A stretch of DNA of 64,000 bases from an uncultured Candidatus Rokubacteria bacterium (GTDB lineage: Bacteria > Methylomirabilota > Methylomirabilia > Rokubacteriales > DASRDR01), in NCBI GenBank assembly GCA_963708025.1, contig CAVPSB010000025.1, positions 384,001 to 448,000 of the forward strand, given 5' to 3'. Both the position numbers and the translations under genes were made by a program. This document shows positions 29,149 to 39,152 of the stretch, in pieces. The notes under the pieces are model-generated. The model was given only the letters and a program-made list of their open reading frames with translations. It had not been told where the DNA came from and did no database searches. Each line of letters starts with the position of its first letter. Position 1 is the first letter of the stretch.

Positions 29149-30450
29149 TCATCCAGCCGGGTCCCAGCCCTGCTCGGGGTAACGCCGGAGCGCCAGATGG
29201 TAGCCGAGGTTCCGGGGCAGGTTCCACCACACTCCTGCACGCGAGCCCCACATCCGGCGTGCGATCGAGCCGAGTGAGTAGAAGCGGCGAGAGGCCCACT
29301 CGGTCCCCGCGACGAGCTCATCAGGCGACATCTGCGCCGGGCGGAACACGCAGTGCTTCTTGCCATCGTACTTCGACCAGTCAGTGGTCAGGATCCGGCG
29401 CTCGCCCTGCCAGCGCTGGAACGTGGGCGTGCCCGGCATCGGGACAACCATGCTCATCGTGGCCACGTCGACGCTGGCCTCCTCGAGGAACTCGACCGTG
29501 CGGCGGAAGATCCCCCGGTCGTCCTGGTCGAAGCCGAACATGATCCCGAGGTGCGCGGCTATCCCGTGCTCGTGGAGCGAGCGGATCAACTCGCGGTAGC
29601 CGGTGACGCGGTTGTGGCGCTTGTTGGCCGAGTCCAGGCTCTCCTGGGAAATCGACTCAAAGCCCATGAACAGCGCCTTGCAGCCGCTAGCGGCGGCCAG
29701 GCGCTGAAACTCCTCATCCTTCGCCGCCGTCGCGGTGCACTGGCTCGTCCACCACTTGCCGAGCGGCGCGAGCGCCTGGAACAGCTCCTTCGAGTAGCGC
29801 GGGTTGGCGCCGATGTTGTCGTCCCAGAACACGACCGCGCGGGTCGGACTGCCCGCGACTTCGCGCACGACCTCCTCGATCGGCCGGTAGCGCATCGTGC
29901 CCGGCCCGTACAGGAGCGGGATGGTGCAGTAGTCGCACCGGTGCGGGCAGCCGCGGGTGGCGATCGTGACCGACTTCCCGTAGCGGCGCCCCTTGATCAG
30001 GTCCCAGCGCGGCGCCGGCTGCCTGTCCAGGCTGGCCCGGTGGGTCAACCGGTAAACGCGCTCGAGTCGTCCGGCCGCCGCGTCCTCGAGCAGGCGCGGC
30101 CAGGTGTCCTCGGCCTCGCCTACGACTACGGCGTCGGCGTGCTCCGCGGCCTCCTCGGGGAGGGCGGTCGCGTGCGGCCCGCCGATCACGACGGGGACGC
30201 GCCGGCGCCGGAAAGCGTCGGCCACCTCGTAGGCATGCAGCGCCGAAGGCGTGGGCGCGGTGATCCCGACCAGGTCGGCCGAGCGGTCGAGGTCGAGGCG
30301 CTCGACGATCTCGTCGGTGTGGTGGACGTCATGCTCGCGCGGGGTCAGCGCCGCAATCAGCGGCATCGTGAGCTGCGGGAACTGGATCAGGCGCCACCCG
30401 CGCAGCCGGCGCGACTCCGGCGACTCCGCCGTGATCAAGTGGATGCGCAT
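29149..30450 (-). CDS. B12-binding-domain radical SAM protein
   Basis: GGPHAT, VVGEAE, TRGCPHRCDYC, FWDDNI, GFESI, PMPGTP. Confidence 0.92.
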   Translation of the reverse strand: MRIHLITAESPESRRLRGWRLIQFPQLTMPLIAALTPREHDVHHTDEIVERLDLDRSADLVGITAPTPSALHAYEVADAFRRRRVPVVIGGPHATALPEEAAEHADAVVVGEAEDTWPRLLEDAAAGRLERVYRLTHRASLDRQPAPRWDLIKGRRYGKSVTIATRGCPHRCDYCTIPLLYGPGTMRYRPIEEVVREVAGSPTRAVVFWDDNIGANPRYSKELFQALAPLGKWWTSQCTATAAKDEEFQRLAAASGCKALFMGFESISQESLDSANKRHNRVTGYRELIRSLHEHGIAAHLGIMFGFDQDDRGIFRRTVEFLEEASVDVATMSMVVPMPGTPTFQRWQGERRILTTDWSKYDGKKHCVFRPAQMSPDELVAGTEWASRRFYSLGSIARRMWGSRAGVWWNLPRNLGYHLALRRYPEQGWDPAG

Positions 30451-31652
30451 CTGAAGTCGCCCATTCTTCTCAGGATCAGCGGCAGGAGTAGGAATACGAA
30501 CGCGATCGAGAACAGGATTCCGAGCGCCGACAAGACGGACGGAAGTCCCCAGCTATCGATCCCATAGCCCACGAGGGGGCCCAGAAGACAGAACGCGGCG
30601 CGGATTCCCAGCTGCGCCACGGAGATCACGGTCGCGCGGAACGTGGAGGAGATCCTCTCGTTGAGCGCGTCCAGGAAGAGCACCCCGCCCAGGCCCCGGC
30701 CGACCTGGCCCAGGATCCCGAGCAGTATCCCGCCCCATCCGAGGAAAGCCGCCATCCCGAAATAGGCGATGATCGGCAACACGCCAACCGCGGCGAGCAA
30801 CGGTCGCCGGCCGAATCTCGCCGCCCCGAGCGCGGCGGATCTCCCGGCGAGGCCGAGGATGAGACCGTAGGCGGCCGACAGGACTCCGAACCAGGCCAGG
30901 GGCACTCCGCTCTCCTGCCAGTATTTCTGGTTCACCCAGACCATCACCAGCCCGCCGGTCCCACCGGCAACGAAATTGAGGAACACGAGCCGCGTCGCGG
31001 CGTCCCGGACCAGCGTGGTCGAGAGGACCTCCTTGAGCTCGCCCGCCCATTTCTTCCCTCGGTTCACACCCGCGGGCGGCTCGGTGAGGCCCAGCACGAG
31101 GAGCACCGGGATCCAGCTCAGCATTGCGTTGGCCCACAGCAGATGCCCATAGGACAGGGTGACGACCGTGCCCCCCACCAGCGCGCTCACCGTCGTCCCC
31201 ATTTGCGCCGCGAGCTTCGCATTTCCGAGGACGGCCGTTCCCCGGGACTTCTCGCCACTCGCCCCGAGATACGAGTCATAGAGGAGCGCCACATCGCCTC
31301 CCGAGATCATGCTGAGGGCGATCCCCATCGTGAGGTGGTAGAAGAGGAAGCCCTCGTAACTGCTCCACAGCGGGAGGAGGGAAAAGCTGACCGCCTTGAG
31401 CGTCGCGCCCAGCAGCAGTGTCTTCTTCCTTCCCCACAGGTCCGAGAGCACGCCTGAAGGCACTTCGCCGCAGAGGATCACGAGAGCGAACACGGCTTGC
31501 AGCTCCATGAACTGCCGCATGCCGATCCCCTTCGTCGCGAGATAGGGGACCCACAAGGCGATCACGATCATGAACTGATCAAAGAAGGAGAAGCCGTAGA
31601 GGAGCGGGATGTTCCTCTTCACGGGCCCGTGTCTGTACTGTGGACCAGTCAC
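30435..31652 (-). CDS. MFS transporter
   Basis: EVPSGVLSDLWGRKK, SGGDVALLYDS; about 12 TM segments. Confidence 0.88.
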   Translation of the reverse strand: MTGPQYRHGPVKRNIPLLYGFSFFDQFMIVIALWVPYLATKGIGMRQFMELQAVFALVILCGEVPSGVLSDLWGRKKTLLLGATLKAVSFSLLPLWSSYEGFLFYHLTMGIALSMISGGDVALLYDSYLGASGEKSRGTAVLGNAKLAAQMGTTVSALVGGTVVTLSYGHLLWANAMLSWIPVLLVLGLTEPPAGVNRGKKWAGELKEVLSTTLVRDAATRLVFLNFVAGGTGGLVMVWVNQKYWQESGVPLAWFGVLSAAYGLILGLAGRSAALGAARFGRRPLLAAVGVLPIIAYFGMAAFLGWGGILLGILGQVGRGLGGVLFLDALNERISSTFRATVISVAQLGIRAAFCLLGPLVGYGIDSWGLPSVLSALGILFSIAFVFLLLPLILRRMGDFRCAST

Positions 31653-31720
31653 TGGGCATCCAGCTGCTGCACCGACGAGTCTCCAGCAGCGCGAGCCGTG
31701 GACGGCGAAATGATGGGGAC

Positions 31721-32410
31721 GTGGGACGAATACTGGGATGGTCGGTGAGGGCAGTCGGATTGGCGGCGATGCTGATGATCGCCGCGCCGGCGTCGGCCGA
31801 GATGTTCCTGGATCTCTACGGCGGGGCCAGCTTCCCCGGTAAGCCCGACTTTACCCTCGAAACGAACAACGGCGCCTCGCGCGAGGTTGAAGCGGGCGAG
31901 TCGGATACGGTGGCGACCGGGGGACTCCGGGTCGGCTACTGGTTCACCGACTTGGGCCTCCCCTGGCTCGGGGTCGCGGGTGACGTGTCGTATTTCGAGC
32001 CGGAGTTCACGGGCCAGGGTGGTGGAAACCTGGCGAAGGTGAAGGTCCGGACGGTTCCGATGACGCCGCTCGTGATGCTGCGGCTGCCGCTCCTGCAGGC
32101 CCCGGAGTATCCGGCGGGGCAGCTCCAGCTCTACGCCGCAGCGGGGCCCGGATTCTTCTGGACGGAGCAAACGGCGCGGTTCCTCAGCGGCGTGACCGAG
32201 AAGGTGTCGGCTGACACGATCGAGGTGGGCGTCGACTTCCGCGCCGGCCTCGCGTGGAGGTTTCTGCCCAACTGGAGGGTCTTCACCGAGTACCGGTTCA
32301 CGTACTACTCGATCGAGCCGGAGGGCCAGATCAACGGGCAGCGAGCCAGGGTCGAGGCGGACCTCGACACGCACCACTTCCTCGTGGGCATCGGCTTCGA
32401 CTTCAAGTAA
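31721..32410 (+). CDS. Outer-membrane beta-barrel protein (OmpA/OmpW-like)
   Basis: Signal peptide ..APASA; DLYGGASF, FTEYRFT, C-terminal GIGFDFK. Confidence 0.8.
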   Translation: MGRILGWSVRAVGLAAMLMIAAPASAEMFLDLYGGASFPGKPDFTLETNNGASREVEAGESDTVATGGLRVGYWFTDLGLPWLGVAGDVSYFEPEFTGQGGGNLAKVKVRTVPMTPLVMLRLPLLQAPEYPAGQLQLYAAAGPGFFWTEQTARFLSGVTEKVSADTIEVGVDFRAGLAWRFLPNWRVFTEYRFTYYSIEPEGQINGQRARVEADLDTHHFLVGIGFDFK

Positions 32411-32533
32411 CGCCAGGAGCATCTGAGGACCAGGGCTCCTTCGCGCCGCGGCCGCGAGACCTGGAGTCCGGGCATTTGCGAGAGGCCGATGGGCGGTGGG
32501 CCGGGTTCCGCCGGCAGTGGGTCGGCCTTCTGA

Positions 32534-33364
32534 TCAGCGCGTGGCCGCTGACTGGGGGTCGAGCCAGTCGCGGAGGCCGTCGGCGAGCATGTTGAAGCCG
32601 AGGACGGCGGCCATGATGGCGAGCCCGGGGAAGACGACGACCCACGGCGCCTGTAGCATGAAGCTGCGGCCGTCGGCGAGCATCAGCCCGAGCGACGGCG
32701 TCGGCGGCCGGACCCCGACCCCGAGGAAGGAGAGCGCGGCCTCGACGAGGATGGCGATGGCCATGAGCACCGAGGCCTGGACGAGGACCGGCGTCATCGA
32801 GTTCGGCAGGATGTGGCGCAGGACGAGCCGGGGGACGGCCGCCCCGAGGGCCCGGGCGCCCTCCACGTACACCTCGCGCTTGGCCGCCAGCACGGAGGCG
32901 CGGACCACGCGGGCGATGATCGGGGTGTAGACGATCCCGAGGGCGACGGCCACGAGCAGGGTCCCGGTGCCGAACACGCCGGTCAGCGCGATAGCGAGGA
33001 GGATGGCCGGGAAGGCCATCAGGACGTCGAGCGGTCGCATGATGAGCTGATCGACGAACCCCTCGGCGTACCCCGCCGCCAGTCCGAGCGGGAGACCGAT
33101 GAGCAGCGCCAGGACCACCGACGTCACCGCCACGTCGAGCGAGACGCGATAGGCGTGAACGACGCGACTCAGCACGCTCCGGCCGAGGTCGTCCATCCCG
33201 AACGGCTCGCCGAGGGCCGGGGGCTGGAGCGCCTGGTTGCTCGCGATGGCCGTCGGGCTGCCGGGCAGGACCCACGGGCCGGCGACCGCGAGCGCGACCA
33301 GCGCCACGATGATGACGAGCCCGCCCAGCGCGACGGCCCCGCGCCGGATCGGCCAGGGTCTCAT
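32534..33364 (-). CDS. Peptide/opine ABC permease (DppC-like)
   Basis: GMDDLGR, YVEGARALGA, HILPN, EAALSFLG. Confidence 0.9.
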   Translation of the reverse strand: MRPWPIRRGAVALGGLVIIVALVALAVAGPWVLPGSPTAIASNQALQPPALGEPFGMDDLGRSVLSRVVHAYRVSLDVAVTSVVLALLIGLPLGLAAGYAEGFVDQLIMRPLDVLMAFPAILLAIALTGVFGTGTLLVAVALGIVYTPIIARVVRASVLAAKREVYVEGARALGAAVPRLVLRHILPNSMTPVLVQASVLMAIAILVEAALSFLGVGVRPPTPSLGLMLADGRSFMLQAPWVVVFPGLAIMAAVLGFNMLADGLRDWLDPQSAATR

Positions 33365-34314
33365 CGAAGCCGGACGCGCGGATCGATCAGGCCATACAGC
33401 ATGTCGGTCGCCAGGTTGACCGCCATGAACATCGCCCCGATCACCAGCAGGGCGCTCTGGACGACCGGGTAGTTCCGCTCCAGGACGGCGTCCAGCGTCA
33501 TCCGGCCCACCCCGGGCAGCGCGAAGATGGTCTCCACCACGATGGCCCCGCCCAGCATGTAGCCGACCTGGAGCCCGATCACGGTGACGATCGGGATGGC
33601 CGCGTTCGGCAACACGTGGCGGAGGAGGATGGCGTGCTCGCGGAGCCCCTTGGCGCGCGCGTACTGGACGAAGCCGCGGTGCACCGTGTCGAGCACGGCG
33701 GCGCGGGTGAGGCGGCCGAGCACGGCGGCCCGGCTGGTCGCCAGCGTCACTGCCGGCAGCGCGAGGTGCTGGAGGTTGCCGAGCAGGTCCTCGCCGAATG
33801 GCACGAAGCCGCTGGAGGGCAGGAGACGGGCACCGAGCGAGAGCCCCAGGATGAGGATGATGCCGAGCCAGAAGTCGGGGATCGAGATGCCGACGAGCCC
33901 CACCGCCAGCGAGGTCCGGTCGGCGCCGCCCCCGCGGCGGGCCGCCCCCAGCAGTCCGAGCGGCACGCCGACCAGCACGGCACAGGCGGAGGCCAGCAGG
34001 GTCAGCTCGATCGTGACCGGGAGGCGGTCCCTGATCATCTGGCCGATCGGCTCGTTCTGGCGGAAGTCGATGCCGAAGTCGCCGCGAACCACGCCCCAGA
34101 GCCAGCGGAGGTACTGCTCGGGCAGCGGGTCGTCGAGGTGGAAGGTCTCGCGGAGCGCCCGGATCGTCTCGGGGGTCGCCTTGAAGCCGAGGACGGCCAC
34201 CGCCGGGTCGCCGGGGACGAGCCGCATCAGGCCGAAGACCAGCACGCTCATGCCGAGGAGCATGGGCACGACCAGAGCGAGCCGTCGCCCGGCGTATGCC
34301 AGCGGCGACATCAC
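33361..34314 (-). CDS. Peptide/opine ABC permease (DppB-like)
   Basis: VPGDPA, ARAKGL, ETIFALPGVG, DPRVR. Confidence 0.9.
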   Translation of the reverse strand: MMSPLAYAGRRLALVVPMLLGMSVLVFGLMRLVPGDPAVAVLGFKATPETIRALRETFHLDDPLPEQYLRWLWGVVRGDFGIDFRQNEPIGQMIRDRLPVTIELTLLASACAVLVGVPLGLLGAARRGGGADRTSLAVGLVGISIPDFWLGIILILGLSLGARLLPSSGFVPFGEDLLGNLQHLALPAVTLATSRAAVLGRLTRAAVLDTVHRGFVQYARAKGLREHAILLRHVLPNAAIPIVTVIGLQVGYMLGGAIVVETIFALPGVGRMTLDAVLERNYPVVQSALLVIGAMFMAVNLATDMLYGLIDPRVRLR

Positions 34315-34461
34315 CCTCTCACCGGGTCACGATAACGCGCCATGCCCCGTCGGCTTCTCGCGACCCTCTGACTCTGGCCACGCGGCCGTGGCGTTCCGCT
34401 TCGAGCCGCGGCCCAAGGGCCGAAGGCCGTCCAACAGTCGCGGCCTCCGAGGGGGGGAATC

Positions 34462-34485
34462 GGGGGGGTCTTCCTAGACCCCCCC
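34462..34485 (-). terminator. GC hairpin just after the SBP gene (stabiliser or terminator-like)
   Basis: ggggggtc-ttccta-gacccccc; no U-tract. Confidence 0.4.
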
Positions 34486-34492
34486 GAAGGAA

Positions 34493-36037
34493 CTAGCTCA
34501 GCCAGGTGTCCTCGAAGCGCAGCTCCAGCGACGACAGCGGCACGACGCCCTGGACGTTGGGCTTCGTCCAGTACCGCTGGATCTCGTTCGAGAAGACGAG
34601 CAGCGAGCCCTCCTCCTGGAAGAAGCGCACCAGGTCCGGATACATCCGCCGGCGCGCTGCCTGGTCGGAGGTGAAGCGGAAGGCGTCGAGGCGCTCGTCC
34701 GCCGCATCCGACTTGAAGCCGGTGAAGTTCCAGCCAGACTTCGAGTGCTGCATGGGGTAGTAGAAGAGGTCGGGATCGACCGTGACGCTCCACCAGGCCG
34801 CGGCCACGTCGAACTTCTTCCCCACCAGGCCCTCGAAGTACTGCCCGGATTCCACCGCCTGCACCTCGAGCGTGATCCCGACCTTCTTGAGCTGCTCGCG
34901 GAGGATCTCGCCCGTCTTGACGAGCACCGGAACCTGGGACTTCACCCAGTAGTTGAGCTTGAGCTCGCCGGTCACCCCGGCGTCCTTCAGCAGCGCCCTG
35001 GCCCGCTCCACGTTGGGGGCGCCCTGGTGGGCGTTCACGCCGGTGGCCCACGGGCTCGGCTCCGGGCACGGCTCGGCGGTGACCGCGTGGGTGTTGAAGT
35101 AGACGAGCTTCACGATCTCGGTCCGGTCGAGCGCCCAGGCGATGGCCTGGCGCAGGCGCTTGTCGTTGAGCGGCGGCTTGCTGGCGTTCAGCATGAAGAA
35201 GAACGGGAAGTACGGCTTCCCCGCCGATGCCTTCATGTCGCCGGCTCGCTCCAGCTCGGCCCAGCGCTGGGGCGGCACCGTCTGGATCCAGTTGAAGCGT
35301 CCGGTCTGCAGGCCGGTCAGCCGCACGGTGTCGTCGGCGGGGGCGTAGAAGATGACCCGGTCCAGGTACGGCTTGCTCGGCTTGAAGTACTTCTCCCACC
35401 GCTCCAGCGTGACGTGGTCGTCCTTCACCCACTCCACGAACTTGAACGGCCCGGTGCCGACGGGGACGAGCTTGGGGTCTTTCTCCTTCAGCGCCTTCTC
35501 GTTGACGATCTCGGTCGCCTGGGAGAGCGTGGCCAGAAGCGCGCCGAAGGGCCGGCTGAGGTGGAAGCGCACCTGGTGGGGCCCGGTGGCCTCGACGCCG
35601 TCCACCGGGGTGAAGAAGACGCGCATGGGCAGCTTGTTGTTGGCGTCGAGGACCCGGGTGAACGTGAAGACGACGTCCTTGGAGGTCATCGGCTCGCCGT
35701 TGTGGAAGACGGCGTTGTCCACGAGGTCGAAGAGCCAGGTCTTGTCGCTCTCCTGCTTCCAGCTCTTGGCCAGGCCGGGGCCGAACTGCCCCTTCTCGTC
35801 GACGTAGACGAGCTTGTTGTAGACGTTCTGGTAGACCTGGAGCGACGAGTAGAGCTGGGCGTAGCCGGGGTCCATGTTGACAGGCTTGTCCACCGTGGCC
35901 ACTCGGAGCGTCCCCCCGCGCTTGGGCTGGGCCTGGGCCCCGGCCCGGGTCGCGACCCCGCCCGCCACCAGCGCGGCGCCGGCCGTCTTGAGCAGGTCCC
36001 GCCGGGTCATGCCCCGCACCGCCTCCCGGTTCCTCAT
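34493..36037 (-). CDS. Family 5 ABC substrate-binding protein (DppA-like), Tat-exported
   Basis: TRRDLL signal, FHNGEPMTSKDV, GTGPFKF, KPYLD. Confidence 0.92.
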   Translation of the reverse strand: MRNREAVRGMTRRDLLKTAGAALVAGGVATRAGAQAQPKRGGTLRVATVDKPVNMDPGYAQLYSSLQVYQNVYNKLVYVDEKGQFGPGLAKSWKQESDKTWLFDLVDNAVFHNGEPMTSKDVVFTFTRVLDANNKLPMRVFFTPVDGVEATGPHQVRFHLSRPFGALLATLSQATEIVNEKALKEKDPKLVPVGTGPFKFVEWVKDDHVTLERWEKYFKPSKPYLDRVIFYAPADDTVRLTGLQTGRFNWIQTVPPQRWAELERAGDMKASAGKPYFPFFFMLNASKPPLNDKRLRQAIAWALDRTEIVKLVYFNTHAVTAEPCPEPSPWATGVNAHQGAPNVERARALLKDAGVTGELKLNYWVKSQVPVLVKTGEILREQLKKVGITLEVQAVESGQYFEGLVGKKFDVAAAWWSVTVDPDLFYYPMQHSKSGWNFTGFKSDAADERLDAFRFTSDQAARRRMYPDLVRFFQEEGSLLVFSNEIQRYWTKPNVQGVVPLSSLELRFEDTWLS

Positions 36038-37224
36038 GGCTCTGTTCTCCCCGTCGGTCCCTGGTGGACCGCGCCGTTCTTCATGACGAGCGTCACACGT
36101 CGCATCGCCGTGATGTCGGCGAGCGGATCGCCGTCGATCGCGATGAGATCCGCCCGCTTGCCGGGCTCGAGGGTGCCGGTCTCCTGGTCGATCCGGCAGG
36201 CCTCGGCCCCTCGGCGGGTGGCGGCCAGGAGCGCATCCTTCGTCGGCACCCCGAACCGCACCAATGTCTCCAGCTCGTAGGCCATCAGTCCGTGCATGCT
36301 GTCGGTGCCGACGGCGAAGCGGACCCCCGATTTGAGGAGCCGGGGGAAGTTCGCGTTCACGACCTCCCGGGCCCAGCGCACCTTCTCCATGATCGCCGGC
36401 CGGCGGGCGTCGCCCTGCTCGATGCCCGTCGGGTGGAAGAGCACGGAAAACGTGCAGATGAGCCAGGCCTTGCGGTCGATCATGAGCGCGATGTCATCGT
36501 CGGTGGCGAGGGCGCCGTGCTCGATGGTGGAGACGCCCTCCTCGACCGCGAAGCGGAGTCCGGGGCCGCCGTGGGCGTGGGCGGCGGCGTACTTGCCCAC
36601 CCGCTCGGCCTCCTCGACGGCGGCGCGGATCTCCTCGCGGCTGTACCCGCTGGCGTTGAGCGTGGTGGCGGTCGAGCTGACCCCGCCGGTCGCGAAGAGC
36701 TTCACGTGGTCGGCGCCCCGCTGGAAGTTCTCGCGGACGCCGCGGCGGATCGCGTCCACGCCGTCGAAGCTCGACAGGGCGCGCCCGTGGCCGTTGCTGG
36801 CGGTGATCCCGCGGGTGGCCGCCAGGAGGCGGGGGCCGGCGACGAGCCCGGCCTCGATCGCGTCGCGGACGTCGACGTCGAGGAAGTGCTCCTCGGCCAT
36901 GACCCGCATGGTGGTGGTCCCGGCGGCGAGGTCCCGCGCGATGTTGGCCGTCGCCCGCAGCGCCTGGGGGACCGGCGGCTCGCGCATCTGGGCGAGCTGG
37001 TCGCCGTTGCCGGGAACCAGGCTGATGTGGCTGTGGGCGTCCACCAGCCCCGGCATCACGAAGCGGTCACGGAGATCGACGACGGTCGCCGCCGGCGGGA
37101 TGGCGGTCCCGGTCGCCGGGCCGGCGGCGGCGATGCGCCCGTCCCGCACCACCACGACGCCGTCGCGGATCGGGCCGGCGCCGGTCCCGTCGAAGAGCGT
37201 CCCGCAGCGGAGGGCCTGGATCAT
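36034..37224 (-). CDS. Metal-dependent amidohydrolase (Xaa-Pro dipeptidase-like)
   Basis: MPGLVDAHSH, KLFATGG, AAHAHG, TIEHG, GTD, GKRADL. Confidence 0.9.
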   Translation of the reverse strand: MIQALRCGTLFDGTGAGPIRDGVVVVRDGRIAAAGPATGTAIPPAATVVDLRDRFVMPGLVDAHSHISLVPGNGDQLAQMREPPVPQALRATANIARDLAAGTTTMRVMAEEHFLDVDVRDAIEAGLVAGPRLLAATRGITASNGHGRALSSFDGVDAIRRGVRENFQRGADHVKLFATGGVSSTATTLNASGYSREEIRAAVEEAERVGKYAAAHAHGGPGLRFAVEEGVSTIEHGALATDDDIALMIDRKAWLICTFSVLFHPTGIEQGDARRPAIMEKVRWAREVVNANFPRLLKSGVRFAVGTDSMHGLMAYELETLVRFGVPTKDALLAATRRGAEACRIDQETGTLEPGKRADLIAIDGDPLADITAMRRVTLVMKNGAVHQGPTGRTEP

Positions 37225-37418
37225 GCGGGGTGGGTGCGGGAGGCTCGGAGCCCCGGCGCGGGCAGTGGCATATGAAGCTGGTATCGTGGCGCCGCCGTTT
37301 TGTCAAGGCGGGCGCGGTCGCCGGTGGTCCCGGAGTCGAGGCGGCGCCTTCGTCCTGCTCGCCGGCCAGAGGGCGCTGATCGACCCCGGCACCCGGAGAG
37401 GGGCCATTCAACCGGCGC

Positions 37419-37447
37419 TTGACTCGACCGAACGATCGTGCTATTTC
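37419..37447 (+). promoter_or_regulatory. Putative tetR promoter with overlapping operator
   Basis: TTGACT-N17-TATTTC; the spacer holds cgaacgatcgtgct, whose reverse complement matches 38130-38143. Confidence 0.55.
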
Positions 37448-37455
37448 TGGCAGCC

Positions 37456-38073
37456 GTGAGCCGTGAAGCGACCCTGAGCCGCGGGGCCTCGACCCGCCAG
37501 ACGATCCTGCAGCACGCCGCCGGCCTGGCCAGCCAGCTCGGCCTGGAAGGGCTGAGCATCGGGCGGCTGGCCGAGGACCTGGGGCTCTCGAAGAGCGGCC
37601 TCTTCGCCCACTTCCAGTCGAAGGAGGCCCTCCAGCTCCAGGTGCTCGACTTCGCGGCCACGCGATTCGTCGACACCGTGGTCAAGCCGACCCTCGCCGC
37701 GCCGCGCGGGGAGCCCCGCGTCCGCGCGGCCTTCGAGCGCTGGCTGGAGTGGCCCAGGAAGAGCGACCTGCCCGGCGGCTGCTTCTTCGTCGCGGCCTCC
37801 ATCGAGCTGGACGACCGCCCGGGTCCGGTCCGGGAGAAGCTGGTCCGGCTCCAGCGGGACTGGCTCGACACGCTGGCCGGCATCGTCCGCACGGCCATCG
37901 CCGAGGGCGACTTCCGCGAGGACGTGGACCCTGAGCAGTTCGCTCACGAGCTCTACGGCGTGATGCTGGTCAGCCACCACGCGGCGCGACTCCTGCGTGA
38001 CCCGAAGGCCGGCGCCCGGACCCGGACGGCGTTCGACGCCCTCGTCGCCCGCGCCCGCCGGTCCCCCGCCTAA
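37456..38073 (+). CDS. TetR/AcrR family regulator
   Basis: GLSIGRLAEDLGLSKSGLFAHFQSKE; GGCFFV. Confidence 0.93.
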   Translation: MSREATLSRGASTRQTILQHAAGLASQLGLEGLSIGRLAEDLGLSKSGLFAHFQSKEALQLQVLDFAATRFVDTVVKPTLAAPRGEPRVRAAFERWLEWPRKSDLPGGCFFVAASIELDDRPGPVREKLVRLQRDWLDTLAGIVRTAIAEGDFREDVDPEQFAHELYGVMLVSHHAARLLRDPKAGARTRTAFDALVARARRSPA

Positions 38074-38126
38074 ACTCCCGAAGGATAGCCATGCGGCGCG
38101 ACAGCTGTCTCGCCCCGACGGCGGCA

Positions 38127-38144
38127 AAAAGCACGAACGTTCGA
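38127..38144. promoter_or_regulatory. Second putative TetR operator
   Basis: aaaAGCACGAACGTTCGa versus AGCACGATCGTTCG on the minus strand at 37429-37442 (13/14 identical). Confidence 0.55.
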
Positions 38145-38201
38145 GTTCCTCAGCCGTCCCCGACGCGCGTGGCTCGCGGCCGCGCGGACAAGGAGCCCAC
38201 G

Positions 38202-38405
38202 ATGCTGAACGCGGAGACCCCACGATCCCTCGTCACTCACGATCACCCCGAAGTCGCCCCGCGTTGCGGCCAGTGCGGCGAGTCGCTGGCGGAGACGTGG
38301 CCGGATTCGCCGGGGCTCTGCCTCCGGTGCGGCCTCGAGGCCGATCTCTTCGACCGCGAGGCCCGCTGGGAGCGCGTGCACGGCCTCGAGGCGCGAACTT
38401 CCTAG
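38202..38405 (+). CDS. Small CxxC..CxxC (zinc-ribbon-like) protein, 67 aa
   Basis: AAGGAG RBS; CGQC..CLRC. Confidence 0.5.
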   Translation: MLNAETPRSLVTHDHPEVAPRCGQCGESLAETWPDSPGLCLRCGLEADLFDREARWERVHGLEARTS

Positions 38406-38411
38406 GTTTCG

Positions 38412-38676
38412 CTATCGCCCCAGGCCGGCCTTGCGGAGGAGGCGCTCGAACGTCTCGACGCGAGACGAATCCTCCAGCGCGTCCGAGATCTCGCGCACCA
38501 GCCGCCTGATTCGTGCGATGTCGAGGACGGGCCCGTGCAGCGAGAGGAGCTTCTCGGCGTCGTCGAGATCTCGCGGCCGTGCTGCCACCAGCTTGTAGAC
38601 AACCAGGTCTTCGGCCCGCACCACGCGGATCTGGACTCCCGCGTACGAGGAATCGCCCTTCCCCGGACCCGCTCAC
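38412..38676 (-). pseudogene. Internally deleted nucleotidyltransferase-like (DUF6036-type) gene, C-terminus only
   Basis: VRAEDLVVYKLVAARPRDLDDAE; the GTG overlapping the upstream stop is out of frame with this segment. Confidence 0.65.
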
Positions 38677-38912
38677 CGGGGCAGGCGCTCGCGCAGCTGG
38701 CGCCAGATCGCGCGGACCGCGGCATCATCGGCCTGACGCTGGGACTCCGTGGCCGACCGCCCGAGCCCCGCCTGGTCGGCGGAGTCGATCATCGAGAGGG
38801 CGAGGCTGATCGCCCAGGCGGCATCCGCGCCCCGGCCTCGGAGTGCCTCGCGATCGGCCTCCGCAGCCGCCTCGAATCCGGCGATCCACCGTCGCACGCG
38901 GGCCGCGTCCAC
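38673..38912 (-). CDS. Small helical protein, putative partner of the nucleotidyltransferase
   Basis: 79-aa ORF with a GTGA overlap to the NTase remnant. Confidence 0.5.
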   Translation of the reverse strand: MDAARVRRWIAGFEAAAEADREALRGRGADAAWAISLALSMIDSADQAGLGRSATESQRQADDAAVRAIWRQLRERLPR

Positions 38913-39152
38913 GCCCTCACAATAGCGCACGCTGGACCGTTCCAGCACGCAAAGTCCGCCCGATGTGCCTGTGTGGCCGCCCCACGATCGGAGGGATCGG
39001 ACGCGGGTGCCGGCAGGCGGCCGGCCGGCCCCGTTGCTGCCTGGCCTGGCTGTCGTCTATCATGCTCGGCGAAACGATAAGAGCCGCCGGCGGTGGTGAG
39101 AGCCGCCATGCCGGGGCGGGCGATCCCTCTTGCGAACGAGGTGAGAACGGCG

